Assembly (NCBI GenBank): GCA_951406725.2
Contig: OX597815.1
Location: 209,808,001-209,872,000 of the forward strand
Origin: Octopus vulgaris
Lineage: Eukaryota
DNA: 64,000 bases
Direction: 5' to 3'
This document shows positions 11,552 to 25,680 of this stretch, piece by piece. The translations under genes and the position numbers were made by a program. Every line of letters starts with the position of its first letter. Position 1 is the first letter of the stretch. The notes under the pieces are model-generated. The model saw nothing but the letters and a program-made list of their open reading frames with translations. It searched no databases and was not told where the DNA came from.

Positions 11552-13020
11552 GAATGTGCTTGCGTGTGTGTTTGTATGTACGTGTGTCTTTGTGTTTGTT
11601 CCCAACCCCTACTTGACGACTGGTGTTTGTTTGCGACCCGGTTGCGATTTAGTAAAAGGAGAACGATATCAGAAGGGTAGAAAAAATTTTAATAATTTCT
11701 GGAAGCCAATTGTTCGGCTAAGCCCTTTAAGGTAATACCCATATATAGTAGCAGTCAGATGACTGGAACAAGTAAAAGACAAAAGGTAAAATAACCATTG
11801 AATCTACAATGACCATTCTGAACAAAATTTCCACCACCATCGCAATGGTAACAATGACCATAATAGCTATATTAAACCCAATGGACACCATAGACTTAAT
11901 AACCACAATGTAAACAAATACATTACGCACAAAGAACAGAAAAAGACCACTATTAACATGATAATCATAATTGTTACTACGAAGACAACGGCTACAATAG
12001 GCACAATAACTATAATGAATATAATGGCAATGCTGAACATAATTCTTGGTAATTTTGGCACAAGGACAGCTCTTTTGAAGGTAATGGGCAAGTCGATGAC
12101 ATAGACCGCAGTACTCGATCGGTTTGATCAGTTAAAGTTTAGCGAGAGTCACGTGACAACTTGCTGGGGCTACCTGCTGGAGCCTAGCGGCGGGTATTTA
12201 AAGGGAAATTTCACAAGCCAGTCAGTCACCCGCTGACACTCGTTGACGCTGCATCGAAGAGGCCAGGGAACAGACGAAAGAAGGAGAAGGAAGACATGCA
12301 CTCAACACCAGAGCTGAAGACACCTCTGAAAGGGGGGAGGGCGCCACGTCAAAACGGTAGAGGAGTAGGGGCCGAAACCGGACGTAGTTCCTCCTGATGA
12401 TGTCTTGAGCTAACTGGATCCTATAGAGGAGCTGTTGTGGTAGCAGACCACGAAACATGGTTGAAATTCCTTCCTTCCTATTTTGTCGACTCAAAAATTA
12501 TGAAAGGAAATGTCGACCCCGGCTGAATTTGAACTCAAAATGTATACTGTCGGCAGAAATACAGTAAAGTATTTTTTTCCTCGACACTTTAACAATTGTG
12601 CTAGCTCTCAATGATAATAATTATAAAACAATGTGTATAATGACAATAGCTGTCCAAACAATAACAAAGGCCAATATTCTCACAGTGACTACCATAAGCA
12701 CGATGACACAAAAGCTACAGTAATCGCGATAACAGCCGTAGACGAGTGGTAATGATGAGCGCAATGGCTAAGGTGACAACAATCATGCATTAATTCACCA
12801 TAATTATAAATTTGACATTTTCAATATTGTGTGTTTCTAGGCAAGAAAGAAATCAATATATTTCAACTATGTATACTATGTATAAATAAATGTAAATATC
12901 TTTTCTGTCCTTGAACATATTGCATACACAGACAACGCTTTGTGTCTATCTATACCAGAAAGAGCTGGATAAATGTGTATACCACACACACACGCATAAA
13001 TATATTTATAGATATATATG

Positions 13021-13079
<59 letters not shown>

Positions 13080-13349
13080 TACACATTGTAGAAATCTACG
13101 TAGGAACTACATATTTATACTGGGGTTATCTTAATTTCCACTGCGTATGCTCTGTATATCATAACTAGTAACGCATAAACCCATGTTTTCGAAAAAGTGG
13201 TAATTGGTCAGGGTGATGTTAGATGAATTAGGTTCGTGAAACAATATTTCAAAGTATAACACTGTAAATTTTAAAGGGAAATTTGAAAAGTCTGTGAGTC
13301 TTGAGAAATTTATCTTTCATACAGTTGCTATTTTGACACAATTAGTTTG

Positions 13350-13510
13350 CAGGAATTCCTTCCGCACATTTACAAAAATACGATTCCAAAAGTGACTGGA
13401 ACACTGGGATCGGTGTGATTACTTCGAAGGAGATGATTTTAAACATAGGTAAATAAGTTTTTGTTTTATTAAACATAACTAGTCCAAGAATGTTTGATAC
13501 CACCTCGTAT
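13350..13510 (+). mobile_element. mariner 3' end relic
   Basis: GATTACTTCGAAGGAGAT encodes DYFEGD (mariner transposase C-terminus), followed by a TIR-like end ...ACCACCTCGTA. Confidence 0.65.
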
Positions 13511-16500
13511 GACGAGTTCATTACATCTTTTGCGAATATGTAATCCCTTTAACTTTTACGCAGTGTTGTGACCGCTTTTCAAACATTTGAATGACGCATC
13601 TGCTGTTAACCATTGCCCAGATGGTTTCTTATTATCAAACAACAATTATTTTCTCACGGTGCAAAATAGGTTCCTGATTCTGTATATTAACAATGGTACT
13701 TAAACCTCGAACCATCTGAATTTCTAATCTTAAGTCAGTTGTGGAAGTCTTATATTTCAACAATTGAATTTTGCTGATGACCCACATATGACGAGAAAGA
13801 GTCATGGAAGAGTGGACAAAGTCTGTTACAAGTTATCAAATCGCTGTTCGAAAGCTTTTGCCGTCTATTTACTTTACTAGTCCTCATTTTAATGGACTTT
13901 TGGTTCACCTTGCGACATACTTTAAAGGTTCTTCTCTTTAAAACGTAATTTTAGCAATGAACCGCAAAACACTGCAGGTTTTAAAGATTAACACAACACT
14001 CTCCCATATAAAACGTAGGTGTATGTTTGTTGTTTCAAGCTCTATGATGATCAAATTTAAAGTTGTATATGATAAGCTGTACTTGTTTGACAGTCACCAG
14101 ATTATGGAAAATTGCAGGTCCATGAAAACAAGAACAAACACCACTTGAACAGCGAATCAAACGAAATATAAAAGATTATGTGAATTGAATGGATTAACAA
14201 ACTACTCTCTCAAATATGTATAACGATAGCGTTAAATTTAATTCATATTGAAAACGGAAATTTTATGAATAAATCATACATTCACTGATATATGCACGCA
14301 TATTTACATGCACATATATAGGCATGCAAACAAACATACAAATATACAAGCATGCATATAGACATACATACACACACAAGTGTGTATGTGTCTGTTTGCG
14401 TTTGAGTGTGTGTGTGTATATATATATATATTCACTTGCATATATAGAGTTGATGGAATGTTGTATAGAATGATTTGCGGTTTTTGTCCCAAATCTTCAT
14501 ACTGAGATCAAATTTGGCTTTCATCCATGCAAGTTTCATAAAATGCTTGGGACGACGCTGGTCGCCAACCACATTGAACCTATTTGTTTCTTACATAAGA
14601 ACTTGGACGGGACAAGGAAGACTAGCCTGAAATACAAATGCTAGAGTATGTGTGCGTGTAATTAAGCTATATATTACTGGTTGTGGCACCTAAGAGGTCA
14701 GATGGCAGTTACGGAGCGAATGTTACCACTAGAAATATTGATGTCTCTTCAGACATCCTGACCGGAAGTGCACAGCCACTTTATGCTGAAGGTACATAGA
14801 TTGTGAATTAGTTCGATTGTAATAAAAACTGAAATGAAACATTCTGAGATATATTTCTTCTGAGATTTCTTTTATTAGCGGACCGAGCGCTTAACCGTGT
14901 TAAGCTAGATTTATGTTATCAGCGGGCCGAGCTGATATCTATGGGTGCTTATTTAAATCGTGCCCTAGTTCTCATCAATATGATAAAGTCTCCTAAACAG
15001 ACTCCTGCATGAAAGCGGTACGCGAAAATTTCGCTTGCTGAGTGCAAAATACTCCCAGATTCGGTAAATATTTTGGAATGATTCCCAACTCAAGATTCTG
15101 TATCCGTTCCACTGTAGTCCAGATTATTCCAGCAACTTCCAGTTGATTTTCTACGGTGTTGTTTCGTCTTTTAATCGCTATATAGAGTATAAGTAAAGGT
15201 CTAGCATTGTACCTCACTTGGTTCCTAAAAAGAAGACTAGCGATTCTTCGTTCTGGCCTTAAAAGGTGTCCTCCGTTATCCTTGCTCCATTATCATTGGA
15301 CGCTACCTGCTGTTTCCTAAACTTGGCTTCTGTTTTACACTTAATCATTCACTTGACTATCGTTATAAGCCATACATGAACATTCAACATCTGCTCGGTT
15401 TCAATCCGACGAGTTACATTCCATAATCAAGAATATATTGCTTGATGATATAGAAACTTAGCAGTTGAATTAACATTATAGAGTGTACTTTCTTCTCAGG
15501 TATGGAAAATCATTTGTGTGTGTGTGTGTGTATGTATTTATGTGTGTGTGTGTGTGTTCGTGCATTATGTCATTCACGAAATCCATTGTAAACATATATT
15601 TTCGAGCTAAGATTAGTTGCTCTGTTTCCGTCACTATAGCTACTCCCCCTCCCTTCCGCTTCCCTCCCACTCCCCCCCTCTATCTCTCACACACACAGAC
15701 ACACATAAAAATACATGCATACGTCAGGAGTTTTCCTAATTTGCTCAGAAGCACAACACGTGACTTTGCATTTTACAATTTTGATTCTAAATATGTCTGT
15801 TCCCCTTAATATATTGAGCATTTGAAAATACATCTGCTACGGTGTGGAATAGTAGTTTTTGAGACATCAAAAGAGGAATGCATGATAAACCGATACTATT
15901 GATGCATTACTTAGTTAAGCCTGTGTAGAAGCCTGTATTTTACAAATATGAGTCAAATTCCCTTGAGTTCAAAGAATTCTATCTTTAAAATGGACGATGC
16001 ATTTCGACACATCGGATAAAGTCCTCAGGTAAAAGAATATGATGGCTCTAGCTGAAATCTGTATGAGCGTAAATCTTTTGAAAGCGAACCAAAGCATCAA
16101 CATAAAAAAAAAGAAAGAAACTTCTTGACATCTATTGTCAAATTTAATACTGAAAAGTAACAAAAAGTTACAAAATTCGTAACTATAAATATTTCTTATA
16201 GGCAATTTTGATACAACAAAACAAAATTAAAAAAACATTACATCATGACACTCACACACATGCACGCAATGGAATTTCGGCATCTGGCTTTCGAGCATCG
16301 CTCTTTTCTGTCAAGATAAAGTCAGAGTGAAATATAAGAGTTAAAGAGAAGGAAATTTGACATGATGTACTGAAGGAGCACCAGTGGCAAGTGTTAGAAC
16401 GGAGAAATGTTATCTCTAGCAGAGATGGGATTTATCGGCCTTAATGTTGGTCATGTACAAAGAAAGGCGGGGATTAGAGTGAGCAGTAATTGAATATATG

Positions 16501-16524
16501 TAGCATTATGTAAGTGCAAACGAA

Positions 16525-17476
16525 GCTGGCAGAATATTTAGCACGCCGGACGAAAGGCTTAGCGGTACTTCGCCCATCGCTACGTTCTGAGTTCAAATTC
16601 CGCCGAGGTCGACTTTGCCGTTCATCCTTTCGGAGCCGATAAATTAAGTACCAGTTACGCACTGGAGTCGACGTAATCGACTTAATCCGTTTCTCTGTTC
16701 TTGTTTGTCCCCTCTGTGTTTAGCCCCTTGTGGGTAGTAAAGAAATAGGTATTTCACACATCGCTACGTTCTCAGTTCAATTTCCGCCGAGGTCGACTTA
16801 ATAAATTAAGTTCCAGTTGCGTACTGGGGTCGATCTAATCGACTGGCCCCTTCCCCCAAAATTTCGGGTTTTGTTTCTTGAGTAATAAAGAACATCTGAA
16901 GGTGGCGAGCTGGTAGAATCGTTAGCACGCCGGGCGAAATGCTTAGTGGTATTTCGTCCGCCGCTGTGTTCTGAGTTCAAATTCCGCCGAGGTCCACTTT
17001 GTCTTTTATCCTTTCCGGGTCGATAAATTAAGCACCAGTTACGCATTGGGGTCGATGTAATTGACTTAATCCGTTCGTTTGTTCTTGTTTGTCCCCTCTG
17101 TGTGTAGCCCCTTGTGGGTAGTAAAGAAATAGGTATTTCGCACATCGCTACGTTCTCAGTTCAAATTCCGCCGAGGTCGACTTTACCTCTCATCCTTTCT
17201 AATCGACTGGCCCCCTCCCCCAAAATTTCAGGCCTTGTGCCTAGAGTAGAAAATATTATGTAAGTGCAAACGAAATTGGCTAGCTGGCAGAACCGTTAGG
17301 ACGCCGGACGAAAGGCTTAGCGGTATTTCACACGTCGCTACATTCTCAGTTCAAATTCTGCCGAGGTCGACTTTACGTTTCATCCTTTTGGGTTCGATAA
17401 AATAAGTACCAATTGAATACCGGGGTCGACTACTCCCTTCCCCCAGAATTGTTGCCCTTATAGCAAAATTGGAAGT
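16525..17476 (+). mobile_element. Nested cluster of SINE family B copies with two alternative tails
   Basis: Repeated GAGCTGGCAGAA..GTTAGCACGCCGG heads and GTTCAAATTCCGCCGAGGTCGACTTTGCC..CATCCTTTCGGGGTCGATAAATTAAGTACCAG bodies; ATTATGTAAGTGCA flank present three times. Confidence 0.9.
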
Positions 17477-20195
17477 CATTATGTAAGTGCATATGGACAT
17501 GTAGGAGAAAGTGAAGCACTACGCTTGCATCAGAAAAGAAAGAGCGAAAAGAGGGAGTCACAACATTTGTGTGTACATACTTCTAGGTATGACCTTACAG
17601 ACCGACACGCTACCACTCAATGAAAGGAAGTGTTCGATATTTCAAAGTTTTCCTATCATATTCCTCATGCTTATTTGTGAGAGTTCTAGTCCTAAATCAA
17701 TTCTGGGCGCTTCTTGCGTCGCATTAAACTGCATACATAGAGACAGCGTCTAGCACAACTGAATTCTCTACTGTTATCCGACGCATATCATGCTTATCTG
17801 GTTTAGTTAACTGCTTTAGATCTGTTTCACAGCAAGTGGCAACAAGCTGAAAATCACTTCTAGTTTAATTCACTACTTTAGATCTATTCACCAGCAGGTA
17901 CCAACAAACTTTCAACCTTTGCAACATCTGCAATTAGCACTCAACACACCCTGACCACTTCAACAACGAAGAGCATCGTTTGCGGTCAAAGTATTAACAT
18001 TCACAGGGCAGGGTGGGAACAGATACTATAACTTTATTTCAAAATTTTGCCAGAAAAGGCATAACACAGAGTAGCTTGCGGACAAAGACATTGGTGTGAT
18101 GAATGATGAAAAAGGATGATATCGATCGGAGAAGACAACAAACGCCCGCCGATTTTTTGCTTCTCTAATGCGTTATTCTAATTTTTTTAAAAAACAAAAT
18201 GAGGCATTGAAACTCTTACATTAGTTTTTATAATTGTTCCATTACATTTTTTTTGTCTTTTTACAAAAAAAAAAACAAAAAACAAAAACAAACACACAAA
18301 AATGAGGTAATAAACCTCTAACACAGACTGAGACATTAAGTCTCTTCAACAATCCCCTATCAATTCTCTTGCTGCCTGCAGGCAACCCCTCAGCCGCAAG
18401 TCGGGACCCCAAAGATATAATTGTAATATTTATTCGAATAGGACTCCCTTTCTTTCACCACCAGCGCCGCCACCTGGTCCTGACTTTCAAGACAACTCTC
18501 TACAAAGTTGTCAACAACCTATCCCCTAAGATAGAATACCACATATTCTTTACTTTCAGTGGGATGGGCCACAGCTTCCTCTATGCTATAACTTAGCAAA
18601 CACGACCTCTGTATGGCTCAAAGTATAAACTAACCTTATTTCATATAACAAATAGCTTATTTCTACAACAGTACGCCAATAGATATCTTCTTTTCTTTCA
18701 CTATATGACCTACGAGCAATTGACTTCATTGTTGGTGTAAGCGCTCCAACTGAGATGGTTGTTACTAATTAATCCTAGGTCTTTGATACTGTTGGATACT
18801 ATAAATGGTTCTCTTGAAGGAAGAGAAAATAGATCTTTAAGCACATTCGCTTTTCCGAAGGGCATGAGTTAGAGTTTTGAGCATGTTGCTTCGTTTACCT
18901 ATTGATCCAGTGATTTACAGAATGTAGATCAGAATAATGTTTTGTTTGGTGATAAGTTTTGAAGCTACACACACACACACACGGGCACGCACGTACACAC
19001 ACAAACACACACACACAAATACACACACACACACATACACACGCACACACACACATATATGTACGCACACATACACACACAAACACGCACGCACACATAT
19101 AATGCTCCTTGAACGAACAATACAAAAATATATCGCATTCGTGCTCACAGAGACACGCATGCTTATTCGCACAGTCGCCTTTCAACCTTAACTCTTTCTG
19201 TTATTAAATGTGCTTATTGCTAAGAATCTATTTCTATATATATTCATGATTTTCTCATTTATTAATATTCTTTTTATGCAAATATGCGGATCAGTGTATT
19301 TGTAGTTGCCAATACATTACATGCACTTGCTTCAATTCCTTTATTTATATGTGTGTATTCTGCAAAAACATGCATTTTCATCATTATATATTCCGCTTGA
19401 TAACATGGAGTTAGTTAGCCAATATAGCCAAACCAGGTCATATATTTTAATTTCAGCATTCTTTTATTTTTTTAAAAAATCTAATTTCCTATTAAATTTT
19501 CCAGAGTGTATCATTGTCTTTTTGGTCATGAGTTCTCGTATGGGGAAAAAAATTCTATCCTATTATTATTCTTGACATTTAGAAATGTATTTCCTGAGTC
19601 TTTGTATGCATGCCTTGCTGATGCATACGTCTATTGAATTGATTTGTAGGAATCATTGTCAAAAGGAGGATGTATGCTTGTATGTGCATGCGTATCCGTT
19701 TGTGTATGTGTGTGCCTTTCAGATAGTGCAAGCGTGTTCCTGTAAGTTTTAGAGATGGTGTATTTAGAAATTATGGTGGCAATTTAAAAACTGAATCTGT
19801 TACGCTAAAAATTACATAATTTCATGTGCCAACTGCAAATTCATTGTTTTAGCTTACTTTTAAAGTGTAGATTTTACAATCATAAACAAATTTTCTGTAT
19901 TCAATTTTATATCTACTTATTTTGTGTTGGTATTTTTATTTATGTTCAATTAATATTACATGGCACTGTGAAACATGTGAGAAACATTACAACGCATTAT
20001 TGAATGCACCCTTCCTTTCATAGATGAAGAATTTTTGAAAGTAAATTATTCCATAGTGCTAGTTCAGAAAACAGCTCCACTACAATGACTACCAGTTAGT
20101 TGTGTACAAGGAGAACACCTTTATTTGGTTACTTGAACTGCTAAATATCGCAGTCAAATCTCAACTTATCTCAACACAGCTTAACTAAGCTATTC

Positions 20196-20530
20196 TCTTT
20201 TTTACTTGTTCCAGTCATGTGACTGCGGCCATGCCGGAGCATCGCCTCTAGTCGAGCAAACCGACCCCAGGACTTATTTTTTGTAAGCCTAGTACTTATT
20301 CTATCGTTCTCTTTTGCAGGAAACACACAAGCATCGGTTGTCAAGCGATGTTGGGGGAGACAAACACAAATATATATACATATATACGACGAGTTTCTTT
20401 CAGTTTCCGTCTACCAAATCCACTCACAAGACTTTGGTCGGCCCGAGGCTATAGTAGAAGACACTTGCCCAAGGTGCCACGCAGTGGGACTGAACCTGGA
20501 ACCATGTGGTTGGTAAACAAGCTACTTACA
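20196..20530 (-). mobile_element. SINE family A copy
   Basis: Reverse complement of the 10013-10445 element with an internal deletion and a 5' clip. Confidence 0.85.
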
Positions 20531-20721
20531 ACTGATGAAAGGTTGTTCTTTATGTTACTTGTCTTGTTTTCCTTTTGTTGCTCTCTTTGGTTTCATACCC
20601 AAGTTTGCCTTCGTATTTCATGTTGTTTACGTTTTATGACGTCCTGTACCCATATATGCATATGTATATACATATATATGTAAGTATGTACATATATGTA
20701 TGCATATGTGCATATATATAT

Positions 20722-20764
<43 letters not shown>

Positions 20765-20778
20765 TATATATATATATA

Positions 20779-20837
<59 letters not shown>

Positions 20838-21069
20838 ACCAAAAAATAAGCAACAAGAATGGATCCGGTAATTTAGTACAATTGTTTCATACTATAACAA
20901 TTTATTAAAGCTGCAAATATTACAGCAAATATAATATGTCAAGTAATCTTCAGCTAATTTCATATAGGTTTTCCGATAATGTAAAATTCTCAAATCAATT
21001 AGTAACATCTTAGAGAGTGTAAAAATACCGATAAAGTTGCAGATGTGTGTTTCAGGAACTTGAAGTAAG

Positions 21070-21138
<69 letters not shown>

Positions 21139-21149
21139 GTGCACGCGCG

Positions 21150-21385
21150 TGTATGTATGCGTGCGCGTCTTTGTGTCTGTGTTAATCCCCTCCACACCGC
21201 TTGACAACTGGTGTTGGTGTGTCTATGTTCACCTTAACTAAGCGGTTCGGTAAAAGACGACCGATAAAATAAGTACTAGGCTTAAAAGAAAAGTCCCGAG
21301 GCCGATTTATTCGGCTGAAACCCTTCAAGGTGGTGCCCTAGTATGGCCGCAGTCAAATGAGTGAAACAAGTAAAAGATAAAAGAT
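21150..21385 (+). mobile_element. SINE family A 3' half
   Basis: CCGCTTGACAACTGGTGTTGGTGTG...CAGTCAAATGAGTGAAACAAGTAAAAGA matches the family A tail. Confidence 0.8.
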
Positions 21386-22557
21386 TAAGATATATTTCAT
21401 GAAAGACAGAGTATGGCGTTTGATGTTTGCTGTATTACAATGTAACATATTGCCGAGCAGTTTATAATCTTTAATGGCTTCAAGGGAGTAAATCTAAAAT
21501 TAATATCTATAGCTTAGTTATGCTATGTTGATGTAGAATTCTTTTGTTACGTTCGGTTATACAACGTGAGGGCGAACACTATCGGCCGACTGGTGCTTCA
21601 GAGAAGTCCTGCCTAACCGAAAGCCCCTTCACTGCAGACCAGCTCACTAGCGAAAGGTAAAGTCGACTTCGGTGAAATATGAACTCAGGACGTAATGCTA
21701 GACGAAATGCCGCTAAGCCTCTTGTCCGGCGCGCTGGCGATTCTGACAGTCACCGCCTTACAACAAGTAATGTTAAGATTTAAATATATATATATATAAA
21801 TTTCACCATACACTCTAATTTCTGTTATTTATTTAGGAATACAATTTTTAGTACACTTCATTTTTAAGATGGTAAGATTATCCTTTAGGGAGATCTACCT
21901 GTTATTTTTTGTCGGTTGATTTACAGGTGACGGAGCGCTCGTTAGCGTAGTAAGAAATAAGTTATGAATCCCGGTAAAGATCATGTTTTGTTGTTTTACT
22001 GAGTCTACTAATAAAATTTACATGAATAATCCGCTTTTTGAAATATTCAACTACCATACCTAAGCACTTAATTCATATTCTCTACTTCATATTCCTATAA
22101 TTAAACGGTCAAAGTTATTTATTGATCTAAATCTACAAAGTAAGATTTATGAATTACAGTGAGAGGTTATGGCAGGGGAAATCAAAGCAGACTTGTTAGT
22201 TTTCATGAAAGTTTGACAAAAGCTATATCCTCTCAGGAAATATGCAAACACAGCATAAAGATATAAATCTCAGTAGACTTTCAATCCATAATTAACAAGT
22301 GGAATATCTAAATCTATATTCAATTAATCTTTTCAATTTTAACACAGCAATATTACTATCGTTGCTTTATGATATATTAGGATTTTCCAGAAAATTGTGA
22401 TGTCATTTATCAAGCTTTAAACTCTTCTTTATCATTTCACACTTTCTATATTTATACCTCTCAACTTAATTTTTACCAACAAGCATACATACATACAAAC
22501 ACATACATATGCACACATCCCTCCAGCTCTCCCTTTCGCTCTCTCTCTCTCTCTGTA

Positions 22558-22621
<64 letters not shown>

Positions 22622-22686
22622 CATCCATCCATCCATCCATCCATCCATCCATCCATGCATCCATCCATCCATTCATCCATCCATCC

Positions 22687-22812
<126 letters not shown>

Positions 22813-22876
22813 TTCACTGTAAATAGACATATTCGCAGAGGCTTAGTAAGTATCACCGTTAGCGGGGACACGCTAC

Positions 22877-22922
22877 CCTGAACTGATGACGGGCAATAGC
22901 CAGAAACATGCATGTATTCAGG
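22877..22922 (+). ncRNA. Minimal type I hammerhead ribozyme
   Basis: CCTGAA-CTGATGA-C-G-GGC(aata)GCC-A-GAAA-CATGCATG-TA-TTCAGG: perfect 6-bp stem I, intact core boxes, palindromic stem III, GUA cleavage triplet; base of stem II is a G.A mismatch. Confidence 0.8.
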
Positions 22923-23268
22923 TTGCTAGTCCTAGCTGGTGTGGGTGTTTGCCTCCCCTTTGCGAATATAAGGACACAGGAAATGTGTCGAAGCCGACAA
23001 GAAGCGTCGATGCTTCCTAGGGCTATATAGCGGTGAGGTAATTCCCTCTACGGGACTATCACATTATGTTGACTTTATACAACCACTCTATCGCTCCACC
23101 ACCGCTCATGTCTCGTTGAGACATTTAGAAATTCAATATTTCTAATATATATATATATATATATATATGTAGTTAATCCAAACAAGAAAGCACAAAAAAC
23201 ACAACAACGCAAGAACGTGGAACAAATATAGTATTATTGGACGCTCAGGAAAGACGGAAAGAAGTGGG

Positions 23269-23303
23269 GTTTAACGTTTCGAGCGGAGTTCTTCGTCGGA
23301 AGC
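23269..23303 (-). ncRNA. Hammerhead-like motif with variant core
   Basis: Minus strand GCTT-CCGACGA-A-GAAC(tcc)GCTC-GAAA-C-GTT-AAAC; CCGACGA replaces CUGANGA, one mismatch each in stems I and II. Confidence 0.5.
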
Positions 23304-23659
23304 ATAGGAGAAGGATAGATCCAGAGAAGGGAAGACAGAGGGAAAAAATCGCCAACGGTACACACGAGGTCAATTGTCATTAAATGTGACAGAGGAGGTT
23401 AGAACACGTGCAATGCTAGAAATAAGAGCTAAAGTACTCTCATGCTGCAGTTAACGTTCATAATTGTATACATTCATACTGACAGCGATCTTAAACGGCC
23501 GAAATCGGCAGACGTATCATCGAAAATTTCGGCTTTAAGACCGAACCCTCTTCAGTAGTGTCGGCAATCACACACCAGATTCCGGATAAGATCGTCACAA
23601 GTATATATGCCTACTCCATAGAAATTTATGGAGGATTTAGCGAATAGCTTATGTGTATA

Positions 23660-23797
23660 CGTGTCTAGGACATTTACCTCTCACGGACAATAACCCCACA
23701 ATAACAATTACCCCTAAGGGCAACAGATCATGATTTAAAACTTATGAATATATTGGAGAAGGGGTAATTGTCCTGGTGGGGTAATTGTCCTGATACG
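23660..23797. mobile_element. Small MITE with GGACAATTACCCC-type subterminal repeats
   Basis: AGGACATTTACC, GGACAATAACCCC and ACAATTACCCC on the left; GGGGTAATTGTCCT twice on the right, inverted. Confidence 0.6.
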
Positions 23798-23870
23798 GTG
23801 ATTACAATTAATTAAGCTAGGCATCAGTTTTCTTTCTGATGATACATTGCTAAACAGCTGCCTATTTTAA

Positions 23871-23909
<39 letters not shown>

Positions 23910-23917
<8 letters not shown>

Positions 23918-24194
23918 AAAGGCTTCCAAATAAGGAAGCGTTGTGCTAGAAACACAAAAAGGGATAAATTCATGAAAGGAAAGAAAATTAAAAACATTTA
24001 CCATCTCAGCTATATCCCAGACCGAACGGTTTCTACCTATTTTTAGCAAACACACAGCTAAAAATAGGTCGAAACCGTCCGGTCTGGGATATAGCTGAGA
24101 TGGTAAATGTTTTTAATTTCCTTTCCTTTCATGAATTTATCCCTTTTTGTGTTTCTAGCACAACGCTTCCTTATTTGGAAGCCTTTTATTATAT
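23910..24194. repeat. Near-perfect inverted repeat, 138-bp arms, 9-nt loop
   Basis: 23910-24047 is the reverse complement of 24057-24194 with about 3 mismatches; loop AAACACACA. Confidence 0.95.
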
Positions 24195-24559
24195 TTCTAT
24201 ACGAAAAATATATAGTCTAATGACTAACTTGTCTTTTGCGCTAGGCCACTGGTAATAATAATTTATTTTATTACCCTATTTGATTTTATATATATATGTA
24301 CTCTTTTATATATACTCTCTTATATATTTCGTTTTTGGATTTGGTTTGCAAGATTCTTTATGAGAGTGAAGACTATTGAAAAGGTTGTAAGACTCAACGA
24401 AAATTTTTAGGAAAATAAGAAATAAGTGAAAATTTTACCGGTGAGTGTGTTAAATCATAAGGCACGAAAAGAAAATGACACTCCCCAGACACAACAGAAT
24501 ATATATATATATATATATATATATATTGCAGTTGCAAAGAAGATGAAATCAATAGCAAA

Positions 24560-25575
24560 GTAAAATACGCTTGAACAATTGTCTAATAAGTGGTAACAAA
24601 AGCCTTTGCATGGCAATTGTGTGGCCCGTATAAAAAAGCTGATGTATTCCAGAAGCACACCCATCAGTGGCTGCAGAACTCAGGGCTAAAGGCAGAGAGT
24701 GAAGGCTCCATCATGGCCGCCCAAGATCAGAGCATTTTTACCCGGAACTATCAAGCCAATGTGATGAAATATGGTGTAGACCCAAAGTGCCGATACTGCA
24801 ATGGTAGGATAGAAATAGTCGACCACCTAATCTCTGGATGTAAGGTTTTAGCACCTGTAGAGTACCAATCAGGACATGACAGAGTTGGCCAATATCTACA
24901 TTGGAAAATGTATCGGCATTATAAAATCAAAACTGTTGACAAATGGTACAAGCACCACCCTGAGGCTGTAACTGAGAGAGGAAATATAACTATTGTTTGG
25001 GACTTCCTAGTATGTACAGATCGGACCATCAAGGCAAATAAACCAGATATTGTTGTGGAAGACCAAAACAAAGTATGTGTATTAATTGACATAAGCATTC
25101 CCTGTAACCATATCTCAGCAAAAGAATTTGATAAGCTTAGAAAATATAAAGATTTGCTAATCCAAATCGAAAAGATGTGGCATCTCAAGATGGTTACAAT
25201 ATCAGTGATCGTAGGAGCACTTGGAATGATAAAAAAACCCTGAAATTATTTTAAAATGAATACTGGCTTACCATCAATGCAGGAAATGCAAAATATTGCC
25301 TTAACTGGGACGTCACACCTAGTGTGAAGAGCATTGTCGCTGTGAATAGTCTGTCCTTTTCCCTCTTTATTTTATTTGTTTACTTTTCTATTTTTTCATT
25401 TTTTCATTTTTCTCTCTGTCTTCCTCTTTTTCTTTATCACATGACTCTGTAAACGTACAATCTGATGTGTTTGTTTTAAAGGCCTACCATTGTATACAGT
25501 ACGTTTCTCTGCCTTAGGTGTCAGAAAGACATTCAATAACAAATGGAAACAGGATTGAAACAAGATGCTAATGAA
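24560..25575 (+). mobile_element. R4/Dong-like non-LTR retrotransposon, 5'-truncated (CCHC + restriction-like endonuclease + 3' UTR)
   Basis: ORF 24590..25243: CRYC..EIVDHLISGC, HDRVGQYLHW, WDF..TDRTIKANKPDIVV, LIDISIP, K.RKYKDL, VIVGALG; ends in an (AAT)n run. Confidence 0.9.
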
Positions 25576-25640
<65 letters not shown>

Positions 25641-25680
25641 TGATGACGATAAGAATGATGATGATGATGATGATGATGAT

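Noticed and set aside
14950-15330. Possible RTE-like 3' relic on the minus strand (ORF 14993..15217)
   Set aside because: Only vague motif resemblance; not supportable without an alignment.
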